DNA from: Pyrinomonadaceae bacterium
Lineage (GTDB): Bacteria > Acidobacteriota > Blastocatellia > Pyrinomonadales > Pyrinomonadaceae
NCBI GenBank assembly: GCA_035606195.1
Contig: DATNFX010000313.1
Coordinates: forward strand, 1 to 61,504
Direction: 5' to 3'
DNA length: 61,504 bases
The notes beneath the pieces were generated by a model. It was not told the DNA's origin. It saw only the letters and a program-made list of their open reading frames with translations, and did no database searches. Below are positions 57,601 to 61,504 of the stretch, piece by piece; the first letter of the stretch is position 1; the number at the start of each line of letters is the position of its first letter. Made by a program: the position numbers and the translations under genes.

Positions 57601-60023
57601 CGCTACCGCTGCGGGCCGATCTCAGTGGTCAGCCAACGTTCGCCGGCGTAATGCAACGCATGCGCGCGCTTGTATTGTCTGCATTTGAGCACCAGGACTG
57701 GCCCTTTCCGCAACTCGTCAACCAGGTACAACCACAACGCGATCCGGCGCGGTCGCCGATCTTCGACGTTGTGTTCGTGCTTCAGAAAACGCAATTGTTG
57801 GACGATCAGGATCTCTCTGCTTTTGCACTCGAACAGCCCGGAGCGCAATTGGAATTGAATGGATTGCGGCTTGAAACCGTGCCGCTGGAGAGTTGCACTG
57901 CTCAGTTCGATCTCATGCTTCTGATGGCGGAAACAGAGGCGGGAATAGTTGGGCGACTGGAGTACAACTCCGATCTCTACGAGCCGGAAGTAATCGAACG
58001 AATGCGAGCGCAGTACGAGCGGTTGCTGCGTGAAGCAGTTAGTGCGCCCTCGCACCGTGTGTCGCAGTTGCCCTTGCTCGGTGAGGCGGAGAAACAGCAG
58101 TTACTGGTGAATTGGAACCCGGGTGGAGCAGCACCCAATCAAGGACGCACGCTGAACGAAATGTTTTGGGCGCAGGCGCAACGAACACCTGAGGCGGTGG
58201 CGGTGCGTGGCCGGAATGGCGAGGGACTGAGTTATGCCGCTCTCGAAACGCAAGCTCGCGTGGTAGCTGAGTATCTGCGGCGGCAGGGGATTGGACCAGA
58301 GCAGTTAGTGGGAGTTTGTCTGCAACGCACGCCACAGTTGCTGGTTGGATTGCTGGGAATTCTGGAAGCCGGAGCCGCGTACGTCCCGTTAGATCCGCAT
58401 TATCCGAGTGAACGGCTGCGTTGGATGCTGGCCGACGCGGGAGCGAAATGGGTGTTGACTGAAGAAGCACTCATGGAAACAGTCCGCGCTATTGGCAGTG
58501 AAAGTGAAAGCATCAATCTGGATGCACTGTTGTCGGGATTGCCTGAACCGGCAGCCGAAGGTGCGAGCGGAGTCGCGCCGGCGAATCTCGCATATGTGCT
58601 TTACACGTCTGGATCCACGGGCAGGCCGAAGGGAGTCATGCTGACGCATGAGAGTGCAGTCGCGTTGCTGGGCTGGGCCCATGAGCAGTATGACGCAGCA
58701 GAGTTGAGCGCGGTGCTGGCGAGCACGTCAATCTGTTTCGACTTGTCTATCTTCGAACTGTTTGTGCCGCTGACGTGTGGCGGGACAGTCGTGCTGGTTG
58801 AAAACGTGCTGGAGCTGGGCGAGCTGAGGGGACGCGATGAGGTGCGATTAATCAACACGGTGCCTTCGGCGATGAAGGAGTTGTTGCGATTGCACGGGGC
58901 GTCGGGGAGTGTTCAAGTTGTGAATCTTGCTGGTGAAACGCTCGACGGCGGGCTGGTTGGAGAAATCTACGAACAGTTGCCGCATGTGAAAGCTGTTTGG
59001 AACCTGTATGGGCCAACAGAGGACACCACCTACTCGACGGGAGGAGTAGTTGAGCGCGGGACCGCAAGGCCGAATATCGGCCGAGTGCTGGCTGGAGAAC
59101 GGCTCTACATTGTCGATGCGCAGCAGCAGTTGAGGCCGATTGGCGCCACCGGGGAAGTGGTGTTGGGCGGCGTTGGGCTGGCGCGGGGTTATTTAGGCCG
59201 GCCGGAGATGACAGCGGAGCGGTTTGTACCCGACGGCATCAGTGGCGAGGCCGGAGCGCGTTTGTATCGCACGGGAGATCTCGGGCGGTATCAGCGCGAT
59301 GGCGCAGTCGAGTTTCTGGGGCGAATGGACCAGCAAATGAAACTGCGTGGATTTCGAATTGAGTTGGAGGAGATAGAGTCGGCCTTGCTGGGCCACGATT
59401 GGGTGAGTGAAGCCGCGGTCGTTGCGCAAACAGTGATCAAAGAGCAACGGCTGGTGGCCTATGTGGCGCTGACTGGAGCGGTTGATCGGAGCGTGAGTGA
59501 AGTGACGGAGGAGTTGCAAGGCCATCTTTCCGGGCTGTTGCCGGAGTTCATGTTGCCCGCGGCGTTGCTGGTGTTGCCTGCACTGCCGCGCACACCCAAC
59601 GGAAAGTTGGATCGAAAACAGTTACCGCCGGTCACGGAGTGGGGGGCGCCGCATACGCCTGACGCCAGCCTGCCCTTGAACCCCGTTGAGCAGTTGGTGG
59701 CGGAAATCTGGAGCGAGGTGTTGGGTCGCAGTGTAGTCGGTGCGGAGGACAACTTCTTCGCACTGGGTGGCCATTCGTTACTGGCAACTCAGGTGCTGTC
59801 GCGTTTGCGAGAAACCTTTGCCGTCGATCTTCCACTGCGAGTGATGTTTGAAGCACCGGTGCTCTCGGCGCTGGCGCGGACTGTTCAAGAACGGCTCAAT
59901 GGCGAGCAGGCTTCGCGCAAGTCTGCCGAAACGGTCAAGCGAGCGAGCCGCGATCTCTATCGCGTGAAATTGACCGGAACAGAGCAATTGACATTGCCCG
60001 AGAGCGTGAAGCGTTTCTTGTGA
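54687..60023 (+). CDS. second lipoinitiation NRPS: FAAL-ACP-C-A-T
   Basis: 1778 aa, collinear with the first ~1750 aa of the 10356 gene. FAAL LQYTSGSTSIPRG; ACP GIDSL; C HHIVSDF (57123); A YTSGSTGRPKG; T FFALGGHSLL. Confidence 0.95.
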   Translation: MTVSVSPVSEERTRNSIARNLVELLISRAQEQPDRVAYTFVAQDGAEELSVTYEELDQKARKIAAAIRTRELSGAHVLLVYPFGLEYVAAFFGCLYAGAVAVPAYPPRSNRNVTRLRSIIVDAQARLILTTETLRSRLESLLGEECDLECLITPGIDDRLAEDWTPDPIDGDSVCLLQYTSGSTSIPRGVLVTHSNLLHNEALIAEAFEQRPESVIVSWLPLYHDMGLIGGVLQPLYLGARCILFSPLSFLQRPSLWLELITRYRATTSGGPNFAYDLCLRKIPAEARATFDLRSWQVAFNGAEPVRQETLERFAEAFAPAGFRQEVFFPCYGLAEATLLVSGGKAKDAAPVIKPLQSSELERNRVVEGRPDEGLRYLASCGIHARGQKVVVVNPETLFECPRGEIGEVWVAGPSVALGYWNQPDLTAQTFRAYLSGTGAGPFLRTGDLGFVDDGELFITGRLKDLVIVRGLNYYPQDIELVAEHCHPSLRAGCGAAFTADVEGAEELVVVYEVDRRRTVEIDKVLVAIHEAIAEELELQVSTVLLTTTGSIPKTSSGKIQRSLCREMFLAGELKTVGAWSARSGPGAVAGADDVESIEEWLIKQLAQRLGVERSSIDVEQPIVRYGIDSLAAVELAHLIESRFGIVVPMVRFLQDSSVRELATFARSQPEGPEFSAEDFQHSEQPLSSGQQSLWFMQKLAPESTAYNLARAFRVRSRLDQEALRRALKKLVARHAALRTTFHESHGRPVQRIHEFAEISFHELDALSMSELAFQERLTEETKKPFNLETGPLLHVTLFRRAHDEHVLLIVIHHIVSDFWSFALVMKELSALYAAEVNGQVAKLDPLHGQYAEYVASQTDFIVNGRGRCCEEYWQQQLSGELPRLNLPGANPRPAFKTFAGRSALLKFDADFGARVKALSKEYGATPYMILLAGFYTLLHRLTGEHDLIVGTLTSGRSRPQFAGNVGYFVNPLPLRADLSGQPTFAGVMQRMRALVLSAFEHQDWPFPQLVNQVQPQRDPARSPIFDVVFVLQKTQLLDDQDLSAFALEQPGAQLELNGLRLETVPLESCTAQFDLMLLMAETEAGIVGRLEYNSDLYEPEVIERMRAQYERLLREAVSAPSHRVSQLPLLGEAEKQQLLVNWNPGGAAPNQGRTLNEMFWAQAQRTPEAVAVRGRNGEGLSYAALETQARVVAEYLRRQGIGPEQLVGVCLQRTPQLLVGLLGILEAGAAYVPLDPHYPSERLRWMLADAGAKWVLTEEALMETVRAIGSESESINLDALLSGLPEPAAEGASGVAPANLAYVLYTSGSTGRPKGVMLTHESAVALLGWAHEQYDAAELSAVLASTSICFDLSIFELFVPLTCGGTVVLVENVLELGELRGRDEVRLINTVPSAMKELLRLHGASGSVQVVNLAGETLDGGLVGEIYEQLPHVKAVWNLYGPTEDTTYSTGGVVERGTARPNIGRVLAGERLYIVDAQQQLRPIGATGEVVLGGVGLARGYLGRPEMTAERFVPDGISGEAGARLYRTGDLGRYQRDGAVEFLGRMDQQMKLRGFRIELEEIESALLGHDWVSEAAVVAQTVIKEQRLVAYVALTGAVDRSVSEVTEELQGHLSGLLPEFMLPAALLVLPALPRTPNGKLDRKQLPPVTEWGAPHTPDASLPLNPVEQLVAEIWSEVLGRSVVGAEDNFFALGGHSLLATQVLSRLRETFAVDLPLRVMFEAPVLSALARTVQERLNGEQASRKSAETVKRASRDLYRVKLTGTEQLTLPESVKRFL

Positions 60024-60068
60024 AGAAGTCTTTCAAGAGACTCAATCGGTCAAAGCTGAGTAACCTCA

Positions 60069-61504
60069 ATGAGTTTGATGGAAGCTGATCTGACGGAGAG
60101 GGAAGTCCACGTCTTTCCTACCTCCCTGGCCCAGCAGCGACTCTGGTTTCTAAATCAATTAGAACCGGACAGCGTGGCCTACAATATTAGTTTCGCCATT
60201 CGAATCGCCGGCGACCTCAAGGTGCATGCGCTTGAAAAAAGCCTGCGCGCCCTCGTAAACCGCCACGAGATTCTGCGGACCACGTTTTGCGCTGTTGAGG
60301 GACGACCGGTGCAGGTCGTTGCTCCTCACGCCGAATTGATCCTGCCGATTATCGATATCAGCGGCTGGCCGAAAGCTGTACGCGAAGATCGCGCGCGGGG
60401 ATTGGCGCGCGACGAGGCGCAGCGACTGTTCGATCTTGCTCGTGGTCCACTGCTTCGTACCACGCTGCTGCGATTAGCGGAAGCTGAGTGCATCTTGTTG
60501 CTCAGTATGCATCACATCGTCGCCGACGGATGGTCTATGAACGTCTTCGTCAATGAGACGGCCGCACTCTACGATAGTTTCAGACGAGACGAATCGTCGC
60601 CGCTCGCAGAGTTGCCGCTTCAGTATTCCGACTATTCGATCTGGCAGCGAGAGTGGCTCGAGAGCGGGGCAGCCGAATCTCAACTTTCATACTGGCGGCA
60701 GCATTTGAACAGTAGACCGGCGCTACTCGACCTGCAGTTCGATCATCCACGCACCGCGGTTGAATCCTCTCCGGGACTCAAGCAGTCGATTGTTCTGGAT
60801 GCGGAACTTACCGAACGTCTGCGGAGATTGAGCCGGCAGGAACACGTCACGATCTTCATGACGCTGCTCGCCGCGTTCCAAACGTTGCTTTACCGCTACA
60901 CGAACCAGGTAGATATCAGCGTTGGATCTACCATCGCCGGTCGCGATCGGAAAGAAATTGAGGGCCTCATCGGCTGCTTCCTCAATACGCTCGTGCTACG
61001 GACAGATCTTTCCGGCGATCCGACTTTCCGCGAACTGCTGCATCGCGTGCGTGAAGTGGCGCTCGCGGCTTATGCGAACCAGGACGTGCCGGTCGAGATG
61101 TTGTTGGATGAACTTCGGCCTGAGCGGCATCTCAATCTCAATCCACTCTTCCAGGTGATGTTCATTCTCCAGAACACGCCACACACTCAGTTACAACTCG
61201 CGGACGTCACGCTTAGCCTGCTGCCGAATGACTACAGCACGCCGAAGTTTGATCTGACACTTGATCTGACCGAAAGGCCTCAAGACATTTCTGGTTTCAT
61301 CGAGTACCGGACGGAGCTGTTCGAGACAGAGAGCATCGCCCGCTTTGCGCAACAGTTCCGGACGCTGCTGGGGGCGATTGTAGAGTGTCCTGAGAGGCGG
61401 GTGTCGCAGCTGCGGCTGCTGACGGCAGCGGAGGAGCAGCAGTTGCTGGTGGAGTTTGCTTCGTCAGGGAAGAGCGCGGGCGGTTCCTCCGGTCTTTGTT
61501 TGCA
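60069..61504 (+). CDS. NRPS (partial, runs off the window): C domain and start of an A domain
   Basis: ATG 60069. SLAQQRLWFLNQLEP, HHIVADGWS, then the C-A linker LLTAAEEQQLLVEF. The frame is open to the window end, so it is absent from the ORF track. Confidence 0.9.
   Translation, partial: MSLMEADLTEREVHVFPTSLAQQRLWFLNQLEPDSVAYNISFAIRIAGDLKVHALEKSLRALVNRHEILRTTFCAVEGRPVQVVAPHAELILPIIDISGWPKAVREDRARGLARDEAQRLFDLARGPLLRTTLLRLAEAECILLLSMHHIVADGWSMNVFVNETAALYDSFRRDESSPLAELPLQYSDYSIWQREWLESGAAESQLSYWRQHLNSRPALLDLQFDHPRTAVESSPGLKQSIVLDAELTERLRRLSRQEHVTIFMTLLAAFQTLLYRYTNQVDISVGSTIAGRDRKEIEGLIGCFLNTLVLRTDLSGDPTFRELLHRVREVALAAYANQDVPVEMLLDELRPERHLNLNPLFQVMFILQNTPHTQLQLADVTLSLLPNDYSTPKFDLTLDLTERPQDISGFIEYRTELFETESIARFAQQFRTLLGAIVECPERRVSQLRLLTAAEEQQLLVEFASSGKSAGGSSGLCL

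Noticed and set aside
10356-61504. Thioesterase, terminal reductase or epimerisation domains
   Set aside because: I looked at the ends of each megasynthase for GxSxG-type TE, an SDR-type R domain and E-type HHxxxDG contexts and recognised none. Absence by eye is weak evidence, and the cluster continues beyond the window.

Overview
GC-rich bacterial window. All calls rest on motif recognition by eye plus the supplied ORF track; no searches were run. A soil Acidobacteriota-like origin is only a guess, from the CarboxypepD_reg-like protein and the repeat families.

Left ~8.5 kb, miscellaneous genes:
- a helical-repeat protein and a small RHH regulator with a clear promoter/operator
- a frameshifted secreted CarboxypepD_reg-like protein and a secreted amidase
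- a 3' fragment of tRNA-Ala(CGC) next to ~400 nt of noncoding DNA
- one hypothetical gene

From ~8.5 kb to the right edge, every gene is on the + strand. Together they form at least 53 kb of a lipopeptide-type NRPS-PKS biosynthetic gene cluster, which runs off the window.
- Regulators: a Crp/Fnr-family regulator and an RfaH/LoaP/UpxY-like NusG paralog.
- Megasynthases in order: FAAL-ACP-C-A-T-C-A-T-C; two tandem TauD/SyrP-like hydroxylases; (His-less C)-A[FkbM MT insert]-T; KS-AT-KR-DH-T-LLM; C-A[FkbM MT insert]-T-C-A-T-C-A-T-C-T-C, which includes an A-less C-T module.
- Accessory genes: an MbtH-like protein, a non-canonical ATC/OTC-superfamily carbamoyltransferase, an EctD/PhyH-like hydroxylase, a small LanB-like (glutamylation-domain-only) protein and a membrane-embedded M28 peptidase.
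- A second FAAL-ACP-C-A-T gene and the start of another NRPS gene follow.
- I recognised no TE, reductase or E domain.

Most notable non-coding signals:
- A 19-nt ops-like box, TGCGGTAGCT[C/G]TGCC[T/G]GCC, occurs 65-71 nt upstream of the first start codon of each of two transcription units.
- A conserved ~80-120 nt leader element with a CRP-style TGTCT-N6-AGACT palindrome lies upstream of the same two units.
- There are two families of structured repeats: a GNRA-capped hairpin repeat and a ~38-bp-stem hairpin between two megasynthase genes.
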